Shown: positions 1 through 10,153, counted from the first letter of the stretch. The stretch: DNA of 64,000 nucleotides from an uncultured bacterium (GCA_964632485.1 CAZWDO010000001.1:62001-126000); one strand, 5' to 3'. Numbers and translations: made by a program. Notes: generated from the letters alone by a model not told the origin.

Positions 1-1520
1 ACAGGCGCGCCCCAGAATGCCATGACAGCATCCCCAATAAATTTATCAATATAGCCCTGGTTATCTTCTACGATCACTTTGGTCACATCATCCAGATAAA
101 TATTAAGCAACTGAATGAGTTCCGCCGGCGTAATTTTTTCCGAAAGGGTAGTAAAATCTGCGATATCCGAAAAAAAAACTGAAGCTTCCACCGATTTTCC
201 ACCCACATTGAGCTTCTCCGGATGAATGATCAAGTCTTTCATAATTACCGGAGAGACCAATTGGGAAAAGGCCGATTGAATAAACTGTTTCTGGCGTTTC
301 TGCCGGTAGTATGCCACCATCGTTTGGTCTATATAACCGAAGAGGATGGCGCTTACATATAATGTATAAGGAAAAATCAAATTAATATAGCGGTAGGCAA
401 GTATAAAAAAAAGCGCAAGAAAAGCCAGACTTGCGACAAACCCGGTCATACTCCAAAGGATATGGCGTTCATTCACCAGGATGCAACCGAGCAATGCAAG
501 GCCCAAAACAACGAGACCCGTATATAACCAGGAATCTACTTTCCGCGAGAAATCAAAATTAACCAGATTATTATAAAAAGTACCATGAATATGGACTCCA
601 GGATCAAGGGAATGAAACGGATTGGGTCTCAAGTCTTTCAAGCCGGGAGCCGTTGAACCGATAAAAACTGATTTCCCTCTAAAAAAACCGGGCGGGATGG
701 GTGATTCTTCGGGAAGTTGTTCCACCATCTGTTTGATATAAGCGCTCATAACGGTGCGTAGCGGATAAACGGGATAGGCATCAAAAGGACCGTAATATCT
801 CAGATTGACACTACCATCACGATTCAGCGGCATTCGCCGATTGCCGATCCGCAGGGCATCGCTTTCACGCTCCAGCTCGGCCCGGCCACTTCCATACCAA
901 AACCCGGCAAAAGTTAAACTCGGGCATAGTGTACCGTTTAATTCAAACAGCGGATAGGCCCGACGGTTTATGCCATCAGGATCGTTCACAAAATTTACCG
1001 CTCCGACAGATGTCAGCGATTGATCAATTATAGCGGCTAAAGGCTGGTATCCCGTATAAACGGGAAATCCGGACGCAGAATGATTTATTATGGTGATCCC
1101 ATAGCGTCGATAAAGCGTATCGTTCTTAGCGATCATTCCAGAATCCAAGACAAAACCCAACGAAACATGTTCATGAAAATGATTTAAAGCGGCCTGAAAG
1201 GCCTGGTCATCTTCCATGCCAAACGATGATGATTCGGAAAAAATAAAATCAAAATAAATATGGCGCGCGCTATCAGCTTCCAGGTATTTAACCAGGCCAG
1301 CATAAAATTCACGCGGCCAGGGCCAGCCATAGCCCAATTCGGATGCCCAGTCCAAACACCCCTGGGTGATCACGGCATATACAATCGAAGAATCAATCCG
1401 TTGCTGGTCAGAGGTGATTCGAGTAATCAGATCCCGGCCCCTGGCATCAAAGAATTCCGGCAGGGAACTCAAAGCCAACAAAAATATCATAAAAAGAGAA
1501 ACAATCCAGGTTTTCCACAT
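1..1520 (-). CDS. CHASE2-domain adenylate/guanylate cyclase (class III), 3' end runs off the window
   Basis: Missing from the ORF track and translated by hand from ATG at 1520: MWKTWIVSLF...GYGWPWPREFYA...IYFDFIFSE (CHASE2 motifs), TM helices, then SVFFSDIADFT and GYIDKFIGDAVMAFWGAP (class III cyclase motifs). Confidence 0.9.
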   Translation of the reverse strand, partial: MWKTWIVSLFMIFLLALSSLPEFFDARGRDLITRITSDQQRIDSSIVYAVITQGCLDWASELGYGWPWPREFYAGLVKYLEADSARHIYFDFIFSESSSFGMEDDQAFQAALNHFHEHVSLGFVLDSGMIAKNDTLYRRYGITIINHSASGFPVYTGYQPLAAIIDQSLTSVGAVNFVNDPDGINRRAYPLFELNGTLCPSLTFAGFWYGSGRAELERESDALRIGNRRMPLNRDGSVNLRYYGPFDAYPVYPLRTVMSAYIKQMVEQLPEESPIPPGFFRGKSVFIGSTAPGLKDLRPNPFHSLDPGVHIHGTFYNNLVNFDFSRKVDSWLYTGLVVLGLALLGCILVNERHILWSMTGFVASLAFLALFFILAYRYINLIFPYTLYVSAILFGYIDQTMVAYYRQKRQKQFIQSAFSQLVSPVIMKDLIIHPEKLNVGGKSVEASVFFSDIADFTTLSEKITPAELIQLLNIYLDDVTKVIVEDNQGYIDKFIGDAVMAFWGAP

Positions 1521-1523
1521 GCG

Positions 1524-2195
1524 CTAATTACCTTCTTTGTCGATATAAAACAAATAGAGAACCGCTACCAGGGTGATCAATGTGATAACACCCTCCCAGA
1601 GAGGATTTTCCTGACCGGGAAGTTTTTCCTGTTTGATCAAGGCGGGATCATCCATAGCCGCTTCCGCCTGGGCATAACTCAGGGTATCAAATGCTTCACC
1701 GTAGATCACAAACTGCTGGCCAACGCGATTATCACTCAGGATCAATCGGCAGCCGACCGTAATACGCGCCCGTCTTTCAACCTTTCCGGATTGAAAGAGA
1801 TACCGCTTTTTCAGGGATTTATAGACAATATCAAAATCGCGGATACGATATTCAAAACGGCTGAAGGGAATATCAGCAGTTGAGCTGTCATAAACCATCA
1901 GCCCTCTATCCATTATTTTTTGAAACAACACCATTTCAATCAGATAATTATAGCCGTGTGGCGAAGCCGGAAATAAGACGAATCCCTGATCGGATACCAG
2001 TAGTGTATCAACTATATTCTGACCAGCGTTTCGTTTCACGTTATTCAAAACCGTATCAAGGGAATTCTCTATTATTCCAGAACAAAGCTGCATCATCAAC
2101 TCCCGATTTGAGACAACTGGGGAACCTGACTGGGGAATAGTAGCCGCACAGCCTATCCAAAGACTGAAGAGTATTAATAAAGTAAATCTTGCCAG
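1524..2195 (-). CDS. hypothetical lipoprotein with C-terminal membrane anchor (probable CTG start)
   Basis: The track ORF 1524..2099 stays open upstream to a CTG at 2195, with GGAG 9 nt before it, giving MARFTLLILFSLWIGC (lipobox-like). C-terminal hydrophobic helix. Confidence 0.6.
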   Translation of the reverse strand: MARFTLLILFSLWIGCAATIPQSGSPVVSNRELMMQLCSGIIENSLDTVLNNVKRNAGQNIVDTLLVSDQGFVLFPASPHGYNYLIEMVLFQKIMDRGLMVYDSSTADIPFSRFEYRIRDFDIVYKSLKKRYLFQSGKVERRARITVGCRLILSDNRVGQQFVIYGEAFDTLSYAQAEAAMDDPALIKQEKLPGQENPLWEGVITLITLVAVLYLFYIDKEGN

Positions 2196-2689
2196 ATTTT
2201 AATTCTCCATCCATCTACGTTTTTAACCAGGGTAAATTGGGCAAAACCGTCAGCGCTGTAACGGGTTTCCCTATCATCATATACATTAAGCTGGTATTGA
2301 TATTTAACCTGGACTTCATCATCCGCAACTTCACGACGAAAAACCTGAATCAATTTCAATTGAATTTCAAGGGCATGAAGAAACAAATTGCGATGAATTT
2401 CCTGCTCATGCGCCTTATCCCACCAGTTTTGTTGCAACTGGAAATATGTCTGATCCTCAAAGCGCAAAATAAATATAAAATCGTCACTCAAACAATCAAG
2501 ATACTCTGTCAATTCTTTCCGTGAATACGCATTTTGAAGCTTTTGTATTACTCCTTCGGGAGTCACTAATTCGTTATTTACCAAATAATCAGGGGGAAGC
2601 TCCTCCGGTTCAAATGGGTTCCAGGCTGAACCGCAATATAACAGCGAAAATAAGAAGCAAACCCATATCCAGTTAAAATATTTTTTCAT
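2174..2689 (-). CDS. exported NTF2/SnoaL-like fold protein
   Basis: N-terminal hydrophobic signal with Cys; pattern TPEGVIQKLQNAY...YLDCLSDDFIF...GWRIKIWQD is typical of NTF2-like proteins. Confidence 0.55.
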   Translation of the reverse strand: MKKYFNWIWVCFLFSLLYCGSAWNPFEPEELPPDYLVNNELVTPEGVIQKLQNAYSRKELTEYLDCLSDDFIFILRFEDQTYFQLQQNWWDKAHEQEIHRNLFLHALEIQLKLIQVFRREVADDEVQVKYQYQLNVYDDRETRYSADGFAQFTLVKNVDGWRIKIWQDLLY

Positions 2690-2942
2690 ACCTGTATATA
2701 ATATAGTGAAACTTCATGCAATGTCAATATAAAAAATGAATAATGTTTAAATTTCATTTCTAATCTTTTCTGTATTATACCCTGTATTTTACATAGATAG
2801 GGTTTGAGCCGGTCATATTTTTTTTAGGCAAGGAAGTCAGATTACATATTTCAACATTTATAGCGCAAAGAGAGATGGAACAGCTATTCGTTATTCAAAA
2901 AGGCCGTATCAAGTTTGCCCGACAAAAAAACAGGATTGCGGT

Positions 2943-4628
2943 TCAATTTTTGATTTGAAGCGAAGCAGGAACCAACTGCCAATTGCGATTTGTTACAGGA
3001 GTAATGACGGGTTTATTCTTTAAATAGCGGCAGATGATTTGCGGCAAGAGGTCCGGATACTCTCTTACCAATGGTAATTGGCTGACTCCCAAAGCGGCCA
3101 GAAATCCGCCGCCCCCATTGTACCGGTAACTGTTCATAGCGACCGTCAAACTTGTGTCAGCGGGTAAAAGTCGGCCATCGAGCGTCGAAAGATTTTTCAC
3201 CCGTTGGCCCACGGCTTGAGTAACATCGAGGGTATAGCGCAGCCCTTCGATGGTATCAAAATTATACCAACGCACTTCGGGATTGAAAAACGAATCGCGA
3301 TCAATACTGGTAACTTCCTGCGCAACACGGTTAAAAAAACGGGCGTTGTATTCGAGATATCGGCGAATCTGATCTCCCGTCATACGGGTTATTACCAGTG
3401 TATTCTCATAGGGATAAAGGTCCAGAATATGGAAAGTTCTAACGGCTCCCGCGCCAATTTTCTGCCAGGGGCTAAATGTAGCGGTAATCGAAATATCCGC
3501 GCGAGTGAAATCGAGTTGCGCTTGATGAATCAAATCAATCAGAGGATTGTCCCGCCATTGGGCGCCATAAGCGGAGAACTCAGCAGTGGCAGTGGTCAGC
3601 GAATCGTTTAAATATTGGATGAGCTTATCCTTGGCAGGCTGCATGGTCTGAAGTAATTGACTATCCGGGGGGAGCATGTTTGCCGGCAAGACCTGAACGC
3701 GCAGGGAATCGAGAGTAAAGCGCTGTTCGTTTTTAGCGCCGGAAAAAGTACAGACCCCAAGATAGCGACCATACGCCCCGGCCTGAGCCAGCCTCGTTTT
3801 TCCAATCCGATTGATGGGGTCCATAGCAGGAAGATCCTCGTTTATAGTATCGGCAATCAGTTTATGTGAATGCGCGGTAAGAATCAGATCAAACTCAGGC
3901 GCTGATCGGGCCACATTTAAAACATCATTTGCCGGGGGAATTCCCTTTTCTTCACAGTAAGTTCTGTCCCATTCTTCATTGATGCTACTATGGAACAAAC
4001 CAATCAAGATGTCGGGATTAACTGCTTTCCGGATATAAGGAACCCAGTAACGGGCGGCTTCTGCCATATCGCCGAAAGTTATGCCGGGATAAAGTGAAGC
4101 ATTCAGCCATAAGGGAATCCCCGGAGTCGTGAGTCCTAAAACCGCAATCACAACTCCATCAAGGGTATCGCAGATATAGGGCGTAAAATAGCTGGTATCC
4201 CGCCGATCGCCAACCCAGGCATTCGCGCTTAAAAAGGGAAAAAGAGCCTGTTTTTGTATTTGCAGCAGATAATCCAGCCCCTGTTCGATATCATGATTAC
4301 CGAGCGACAACGCCTGATACCCGATTACATTCATAGCCTGGACCATTGGATTAACATTCAAGGTATCAATATAATGCGAAAAATAGGTCAACGGAGAACC
4401 CTGGAATGTATCGCCGCCGCTCAGCACCATCGTATGAGGATTTGCCTTGCGTAGCTGTTTAATCAACGTCGCGCAATTTAGCAGACTATAATCGCGAGTA
4501 GTTTGCCGGCGAAAATCCTCATTAAAAAGCTGGCCATGTTCATCATTAGTAAACAATATCTGAATTTCATAGGCAGAAATGGAAATAAACCCCATTAAAA
4601 AAAAGCAGATTACGATTATTTTTTTCAT
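2943..4628 (-). CDS. secreted bifunctional metallophosphoesterase/5'-nucleotidase (CpdB/UshA-like)
   Basis: Motifs NDEHG, GDTFQG, GNHD, AHSH, YPYEN, NSYR-GGG; signal peptide from MKKIIV (ATG 4628, AAGGAGG SD). Confidence 0.9.
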   Translation of the reverse strand: MKKIIVICFFLMGFISISAYEIQILFTNDEHGQLFNEDFRRQTTRDYSLLNCATLIKQLRKANPHTMVLSGGDTFQGSPLTYFSHYIDTLNVNPMVQAMNVIGYQALSLGNHDIEQGLDYLLQIQKQALFPFLSANAWVGDRRDTSYFTPYICDTLDGVVIAVLGLTTPGIPLWLNASLYPGITFGDMAEAARYWVPYIRKAVNPDILIGLFHSSINEEWDRTYCEEKGIPPANDVLNVARSAPEFDLILTAHSHKLIADTINEDLPAMDPINRIGKTRLAQAGAYGRYLGVCTFSGAKNEQRFTLDSLRVQVLPANMLPPDSQLLQTMQPAKDKLIQYLNDSLTTATAEFSAYGAQWRDNPLIDLIHQAQLDFTRADISITATFSPWQKIGAGAVRTFHILDLYPYENTLVITRMTGDQIRRYLEYNARFFNRVAQEVTSIDRDSFFNPEVRWYNFDTIEGLRYTLDVTQAVGQRVKNLSTLDGRLLPADTSLTVAMNSYRYNGGGGFLAALGVSQLPLVREYPDLLPQIICRYLKNKPVITPVTNRNWQLVPASLQIKN

Positions 4629-4820
4629 TGTTCCTCCTTTAGTCAAAAATGATTCTTTAAGTATCATCTCGTCAAAGAGATTTCAGAATTTTCCTTACAC
4701 AAGCCGAATCAAATTCTGAATGATAAAATTTGAAGATATCAGATCAGGATCGAAGACCGGAACAACACAAGACATCTCACTTTCCTAAGCTGACGGTTCC
4801 CGCCGCATGGTCCCGGTCAG

Positions 4821-5555
4821 TTATTTTTTTTCTTCGGCTATTTTTTTTAGATGTCGAATCTCATGTTCCTTTAGATAGCGCCATTGGCCGATCTTCAGAT
4901 TACCCAAAGAGAGTCCGGCGAATTTAGTCCGGTTCAAGCGCACCACCGTCGCTCCAATATGCTGAAACATACGCTTAATTTGACGTTTTCGACCTTCATG
5001 GATCACGATTTTAAATTTATGAATGCGTCCGAATCGGTCATTCCAGAAAATACCAGCCGGAGAAGTTTTACCATCACTCAGTTCAACCCCCTGGCGCAAA
5101 CGTTCCACCATACTTTCAGAGATATCCCCCAAAACGACCGCTTTGTATTCCTTTTCCACATGTTGGGAAGGATGCAGCAATTGATGGGTTAAATCGCCAT
5201 CATTGGTAATCAAGAGCAAACCGGAGGTATCTTTATCGAGGCGGCCAATGGGATAAAGGCGTTCTTTACCTTTGGGAAGCAAAGAAATGACGGTTTTAGT
5301 GCGGTTCTGGTCGCTTTTTGTAGAAGAAAGGCATTCCTTAGGTTTATTTATCATGATATAAACCAGATTGGATTGAGGTTTTAACACTCGCCGTTTACAG
5401 GTAATCCGGTCATTTTCGGGGTCAATCAGCAAACCGAGTTTTGTCACAGGATGTCCATTGACGCAAACCAGCCCGTCCTGTATATACCGATCCGCTTCAC
5501 GGCGGGAGCACAGCCCGCAATCGGCGATAAATTTATTCAATCTTCTGAGCATCAT
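4821..5555 (-). CDS. rluB: 23S rRNA pseudouridine synthase, RluB/RsuA family
   Basis: S4 domain RLNKFIADCGLCSRREAD, catalytic GRLD, EGRKRQIKRM; located after scpAB as is usual. Confidence 0.9.
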   Translation of the reverse strand: MMLRRLNKFIADCGLCSRREADRYIQDGLVCVNGHPVTKLGLLIDPENDRITCKRRVLKPQSNLVYIMINKPKECLSSTKSDQNRTKTVISLLPKGKERLYPIGRLDKDTSGLLLITNDGDLTHQLLHPSQHVEKEYKAVVLGDISESMVERLRQGVELSDGKTSPAGIFWNDRFGRIHKFKIVIHEGRKRQIKRMFQHIGATVVRLNRTKFAGLSLGNLKIGQWRYLKEHEIRHLKKIAEEKK

Positions 5556-6129
5556 TTCCCTCCTTGGGTATTAGCAACATTTTTTCCTCCAGGCTTTTAT
5601 TGACAACTGCCATAATTTTTTCATAGTTAGGCAGGGATTCCACCCGATCTATTCCCAAATGTTTCAGGAAAGTCTCAGTCGTTCCATAAAGCAGAGGATT
5701 CCCAACCGTTTTTTTATGGCCGGTAACGGTAATTAATTCTTTTTCCAGCAGACTGGTAATACAGCCGGAAGAATTAACGCCTCTGATTTTATCGATTTCG
5801 ATTCGGGTAACAGGTTGTTTGATGGCCACAATCGCTAAGCATTCCAGACTGGAAGAGCTTAAGCGTGTGGTAGTGCGTGATTTATACAATTGCTTGATAA
5901 AGGAGCTGAATTCAGGACGCGTTGTCAGGCAATATCCACCGGCGATTTTTTCAATTCTAAACGCCCGTTCGGTCTGATCATAATCCGAGTTGAGCAGTTC
6001 GACGATTTCCTGAATATTCTGGGTATTGAGTCCATTACCCAGTATCTCAATGAGCAAGGCAGCTTCCAGAGGGGCGTCACTGGCGAAAATCATAGCTTCC
6101 ACAATCGCTTTGAACGATTCTTTCGTCAT
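5533..6129 (-). CDS. scpB: SMC-Scp complex subunit ScpB
   Basis: EAMIFAS, LECLAIVAIKQPVTRIEIDKIRGVNS, LYGTTETFLKHLG. Confidence 0.95.
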   Translation of the reverse strand: MTKESFKAIVEAMIFASDAPLEAALLIEILGNGLNTQNIQEIVELLNSDYDQTERAFRIEKIAGGYCLTTRPEFSSFIKQLYKSRTTTRLSSSSLECLAIVAIKQPVTRIEIDKIRGVNSSGCITSLLEKELITVTGHKKTVGNPLLYGTTETFLKHLGIDRVESLPNYEKIMAVVNKSLEEKMLLIPKEGNDAQKIE

Positions 6130-6833
6130 GAAGCAACCTTTTCAACCCAGATTTCATCAAAATTTTGATTTTGGATCAAATGCAACCGCTGTTGCCGGGC
6201 CATTTCTAAAATCGCCACAAATCCCAGCACCAGGTCCCGGGCATCTCCTGGGCGATATAAATAAGAAAAGCGCACGTGGTTATTTTTCTGCAAACAGGTC
6301 CAAACTTCCTCGATTTTAAACTCTACGGATCGTTGTTCCAATTCAATCTCATAATCTGGCTGAGTCTGCATGCGGTTTGCCATCTGCTGGAAAGCGCGCA
6401 TAAACTGATTGATATCAAGACTGACGAATTTCTCTTTCAGCAGCGTTTCCAGTTCAGGATAAAAAGTGCGGTAAAAAACTTCCCCCCGCCGACGGGCTAT
6501 TTGATGCATTTCCTCGGCTAATTCCTTAAAATGCTGGTATTCGAGCAGTTGCAAAACTAATTCGCTGCGAGGATCTTCAATATTCGCCCGCTCGTCATCC
6601 TGAATTCGCGGCAGCAACATCTGCGTTTTAATACGAATCAGGGTCGCAGCCATCACAAAAAATTCACCGGCCAAAGAGATTCGGTCTTTTTTCATTTCAT
6701 CGAGATAGTTTAGATATTGTTCAGTGATTTTAGCGATAGGAATATCGTAAATATCGACTTCTTCCCGTTTAATTAAATAAAGCAGCAGGTCCATTGGACC
6801 TTCAAACTGGTCAAGCTTGACTTCTAAAAGCAT
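6126..6833 (-). CDS. scpA: segregation/condensation protein ScpA (kleisin)
   Basis: FEGPMDLLLYLIKREEVDIYDIPI, FFVMAATLIRIK, DPRSELV; ATG at 6833 with GGAG SD. Confidence 0.95.
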   Translation of the reverse strand: MLLEVKLDQFEGPMDLLLYLIKREEVDIYDIPIAKITEQYLNYLDEMKKDRISLAGEFFVMAATLIRIKTQMLLPRIQDDERANIEDPRSELVLQLLEYQHFKELAEEMHQIARRRGEVFYRTFYPELETLLKEKFVSLDINQFMRAFQQMANRMQTQPDYEIELEQRSVEFKIEEVWTCLQKNNHVRFSYLYRPGDARDLVLGFVAILEMARQQRLHLIQNQNFDEIWVEKVAS

Positions 6834-6859
6834 ATACACTCCGGTTGGGGTTTGGCTAT

Positions 6860-6888
6860 ATAATAAAATTATTATTAGAGTTTGTCAA
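6860..6888 (-). promoter_or_regulatory. sigma70-type promoter of the scpA operon
   Basis: TTGACA-17 nt-TATTAT on the minus strand. Confidence 0.6.
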
Positions 6889-6940
6889 TAGCTTTTCTAT
6901 CGATAAATTTTAAAAAAGCATGAAAAAAAATACTTTGAGC

Positions 6941-6969
6941 TTGACAATTGCGGGCTAAAATTGTATTTT
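6941..6969 (+). promoter_or_regulatory. sigma70-type promoter of the hydrogenase cluster
   Basis: TTGACA-17 nt-TATTTT. Confidence 0.55.
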
Positions 6970-7002
6970 AGGGCAACATTAACTGTTTTTCAAGGGAAAG
7001 AT

Positions 7003-7242
7003 ATGCACACGATTACCGTATGTGTCGGCAGTTCCTGCCATCTTAAAGGAGCGCATGAATTTATCAGTTTTCTAAAAACTGCGATCGATGAGAATAACCT
7101 CTACAATGATCTGGAGCTAAAAGGAAGTTTTTGCATGGGTCATTGCACGGAAGGTGTGAATATCAAAATCGATGATGAATTGATTTCATTAAAAAGTCTG
7201 GATGATTTAAAAGAATTATTTGCCCGACGATTTTTAGATTAG
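7003..7242 (+). CDS. small thioredoxin-like [2Fe-2S] protein (HfsA-like)
   Basis: VCVGSSCHLKG...FCMGHC; ATG at 7003 after AAGGGA; precedes the PAS hydrogenase. Confidence 0.85.
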   Translation: MHTITVCVGSSCHLKGAHEFISFLKTAIDENNLYNDLELKGSFCMGHCTEGVNIKIDDELISLKSLDDLKELFARRFLD

Positions 7243-7253
7243 CGAGGAAAACC

Positions 7254-8987
7254 ATGGAAATCATTCACACAAAAACATCGCAATGCGTGGATTGTTATAA
7301 ATGTGTCCGACGGTGCGTGGTCAAATCGATCCAGATCAAGGGCGGCCATGCCCAGGTCGTGCCGGAACGGTGCATTCTTGACGGTCGCTGCGTACAAGTA
7401 TGCCCCCAAAGCGCTAAGGAAGTCCATTCTTCGCTCGAACCGGTCAAAAAACTTCTGAAGGGAGCGGTTCCGGTTGTCGCCAGTCTGGCGCCCTCATTTA
7501 TTGCCGCTTTTCCCGACGTCCATCCCGCGCAGATTTACGCGGCCTTGTTGAAACTGGGTTTCTACGCCGTCGAGGAAACTTCAGTCGCCGCTTATTACGT
7601 TGCCAAGGAATATACAAACGTACTGGAAGAAAAAGCCTTTGTAATCAGTACCGATTGTCCGTCGCTGGTGAATCTGGTCGAAAAATATTACCCACAATAC
7701 CAACAATACCTGGCGCCGGTAGTATCGCCCATGATCGCCCATGCGCGCATGTTGTCCCAAGCCTACCGACAAATCAACTCCCTGGATATCCGGATTGTAT
7801 TTATTGGTCCTTGCATTGCAAAAATCGATGAAACATACAATAGCGATATTGAAAAGGAAGCGTTGAGTGAAACGATTTCGTTTATCGACCTCCAACATTG
7901 GTTCCTTGATGCCGGAATCGAACCCGCCGAACTGCCTCTGCCGGATTTTAAAAACCAGAAAAGCCGCTATATTGATTCTCGGCTTTACCCGATTGAAGGA
8001 GGTTTTCTAAAAAGCGCCGGCTTGAGTCGGGACCTGAATCCGGGATTAAAAACCATTACGGGATTTGAAAACTGCGAGCATTTTTTTAAAGAAATGCCTG
8101 CGGATACCGGAGGCTTACGGATCGTTGAAATGATGATATGCAGCGAAGGCTGCATCAATGGCCCTTTGCTGGATTCCCCATTACCCCTGATCAGCAGACG
8201 GGAGCGAATTTTCCAGTATGCTACAAGCGACGACATTTTACCCCAGCTATTTAACTACGACCAGGTGGAGTTTAATTTACGGCGCACATTTCTGGATCGA
8301 CATTTCCCCGTGGCTGAACCTACAGCCGATGATTTGAAAATTCTCATGCTCCGAATTGGAAAATACAGCCGCAAAGACGAATTGGATTGCGGCGCTTGCG
8401 GATATTACACCTGCAGGGAAAAGGCCCGCGCGGTATTCCAGGGAATGGCCGAGTTGGAGATGTGCCTGCCCTATATGCGCAAAAAAGCCGAATCCCGGGC
8501 TAACAAAATTATTGAACAGGACCCCAACGGTGTTGTCCTCATGGATAACCATTATCGCATTATTCAATACAACCCGGCATTCCGACGGATTTTCTCCATC
8601 AATGACACTCAGCCGATTATCAATCAAACTATCGAAGATATTCTGGGAAACAATTGTTTTAATAATATTGAAAAAAGCACGGAACCCACTGGATTTGTCT
8701 ATAATCATGCGCCATTAAGCAAAACACTGGAAATTATTGCATTCCAATTAGAAGCCGAGGATATGCTCGTTGGAATTTTTGTGGATATAACCTCCCGCAT
8801 ACGCAACAACCAGCATTTAATGAAAATCAAACATGAAACCATTGAAAAAACCCAGGAGGTTATCCACAAACAGATGCGCGTTGCCCAGGAAATTGCCAGT
8901 TTGATGGGTGAAACAACCGCAGAGACTAAAGTTTCATTACTCAAACTAATAACAATTTTGAAAGAGGAAAGCGACCTTGGAGAATAA
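7254..8987 (+). CDS. putative sensory [FeFe]-hydrogenase (group C, HydS/HfsB-like) with FeS and PAS domains
   Basis: N-terminal ferredoxin Cys motifs; H-cluster-like STDCPS, GPCIAKIDE, EMMICSEGCING; LDCGACGYYTC FeS domain; PAS (DPNGVV...YNPAFRRIF); tail QMRVAQEIASLMGETTAETK. Confidence 0.9.
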   Translation: MEIIHTKTSQCVDCYKCVRRCVVKSIQIKGGHAQVVPERCILDGRCVQVCPQSAKEVHSSLEPVKKLLKGAVPVVASLAPSFIAAFPDVHPAQIYAALLKLGFYAVEETSVAAYYVAKEYTNVLEEKAFVISTDCPSLVNLVEKYYPQYQQYLAPVVSPMIAHARMLSQAYRQINSLDIRIVFIGPCIAKIDETYNSDIEKEALSETISFIDLQHWFLDAGIEPAELPLPDFKNQKSRYIDSRLYPIEGGFLKSAGLSRDLNPGLKTITGFENCEHFFKEMPADTGGLRIVEMMICSEGCINGPLLDSPLPLISRRERIFQYATSDDILPQLFNYDQVEFNLRRTFLDRHFPVAEPTADDLKILMLRIGKYSRKDELDCGACGYYTCREKARAVFQGMAELEMCLPYMRKKAESRANKIIEQDPNGVVLMDNHYRIIQYNPAFRRIFSINDTQPIINQTIEDILGNNCFNNIEKSTEPTGFVYNHAPLSKTLEIIAFQLEAEDMLVGIFVDITSRIRNNQHLMKIKHETIEKTQEVIHKQMRVAQEIASLMGETTAETKVSLLKLITILKEESDLGE

Positions 8988-10140
8988 ACCGACACTATTT
9001 TTCGAATTCGGTATTTCCCAATTATTGAAGCATAGTGAAGAACTTTGCGGCGACTCTATTGTTACGATTTCCGACAATGATTCAGCGACCGTAATACTCT
9101 CAGACGGACTCGGCAGTGGGGTTAAAGCCAACATACTGGCCACACTGACTTCCCGCATTATTTCAGTCATGGTGCAAAATGGGTGTTCGCTCAATGAAGT
9201 TGTCAGTACACTGACCGAGACACTCCCGATGTGTTCAGTAAGAAAACTGGCTTACAGCACATTTTCAGTGGGACAACTCTACCGCAGCGGGAAAGCGCAT
9301 CTGGTGGAATATGACAATCCCCCTGCAATTTTTTTGCATGAAAACCGCGTGATAAAAGTTGATTATACTCTCAGGGAAATTGAAGGAAAAAAAATCAAGG
9401 AAGCGGAAATCCCGATAGAAAAAGGTGATTGGTTGATTTTTATCAGTGATGGCGAAGTTCATGCCGGGATCGGCGGAGTATGGAATTTAGGGTGGTCCTG
9501 GGATCGCATTGCCCGTTTTGTGGAAACCCGGATTAATGAGAAGATGAGCGCTCAGGAGATGGCAACCGAGATGACAAGTGTTGCCAACAAGCTCTACGGG
9601 CAGAAACCGGGCGATGATACCTCCGTTGCAGTTGTTAAGATTCGTTACAAAAACTACACAACGGTGATGATCGGAGCGCCCAAGACAGTTGATGACGATC
9701 GAAAAGTCGTGCAGAAACTGCTGGAAGCCCCTGGACGGAAAATTGTCTGTGGAGGGACAACCGGAAATATCGTCAGCCGCGAAATGAACCGCGAAATCCG
9801 GGTTGATTTACGGACTCTGACCGATAAAATTCCCCCCATTGGCTACTTGGAAGGAATTGAATTATGCACAGAAGGAATTTTTACTATCAGTTATGTTCTT
9901 AAAATGATGAAGGAGGGTATTTCGTCAAAGGATTTAGGCTATAAACTGGATGGCGCCAGCATGTTGTTGAAAGAATTGCTCAGCGCGGATGAAATTCGAT
10001 TTCTGATCGGACAATCAATGAATCCGGCTCATCAAAATCCCAACATGCCACCTGAATTTGAACTGAAAACCCAAATTACCGAGGAGATTGGAAATCGTCT
10101 CTGTCAATTGGGTAAACGCGTACATTTCGAATACTATTAA
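8977..10140 (+). CDS. SpoIIE/PP2C-family Ser/Thr phosphatase (HfsC-like)
   Basis: LCGD, LSDGLGSGVKANIL, ISDGE, PGDDTSV, VCGGTT, NPAHQ. Confidence 0.9.
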   Translation: MENKPTLFFEFGISQLLKHSEELCGDSIVTISDNDSATVILSDGLGSGVKANILATLTSRIISVMVQNGCSLNEVVSTLTETLPMCSVRKLAYSTFSVGQLYRSGKAHLVEYDNPPAIFLHENRVIKVDYTLREIEGKKIKEAEIPIEKGDWLIFISDGEVHAGIGGVWNLGWSWDRIARFVETRINEKMSAQEMATEMTSVANKLYGQKPGDDTSVAVVKIRYKNYTTVMIGAPKTVDDDRKVVQKLLEAPGRKIVCGGTTGNIVSREMNREIRVDLRTLTDKIPPIGYLEGIELCTEGIFTISYVLKMMKEGISSKDLGYKLDGASMLLKELLSADEIRFLIGQSMNPAHQNPNMPPEFELKTQITEEIGNRLCQLGKRVHFEYY

Positions 10141-10153
10141 TGGAGGAGCGTTC

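Noticed and set aside
1260-1883. 207-aa plus-strand ORF and the many other short antisense ORFs in the track
   Set aside because: They lie opposite well-supported genes and have no motifs or RBS, so they are treated as shadow ORFs.
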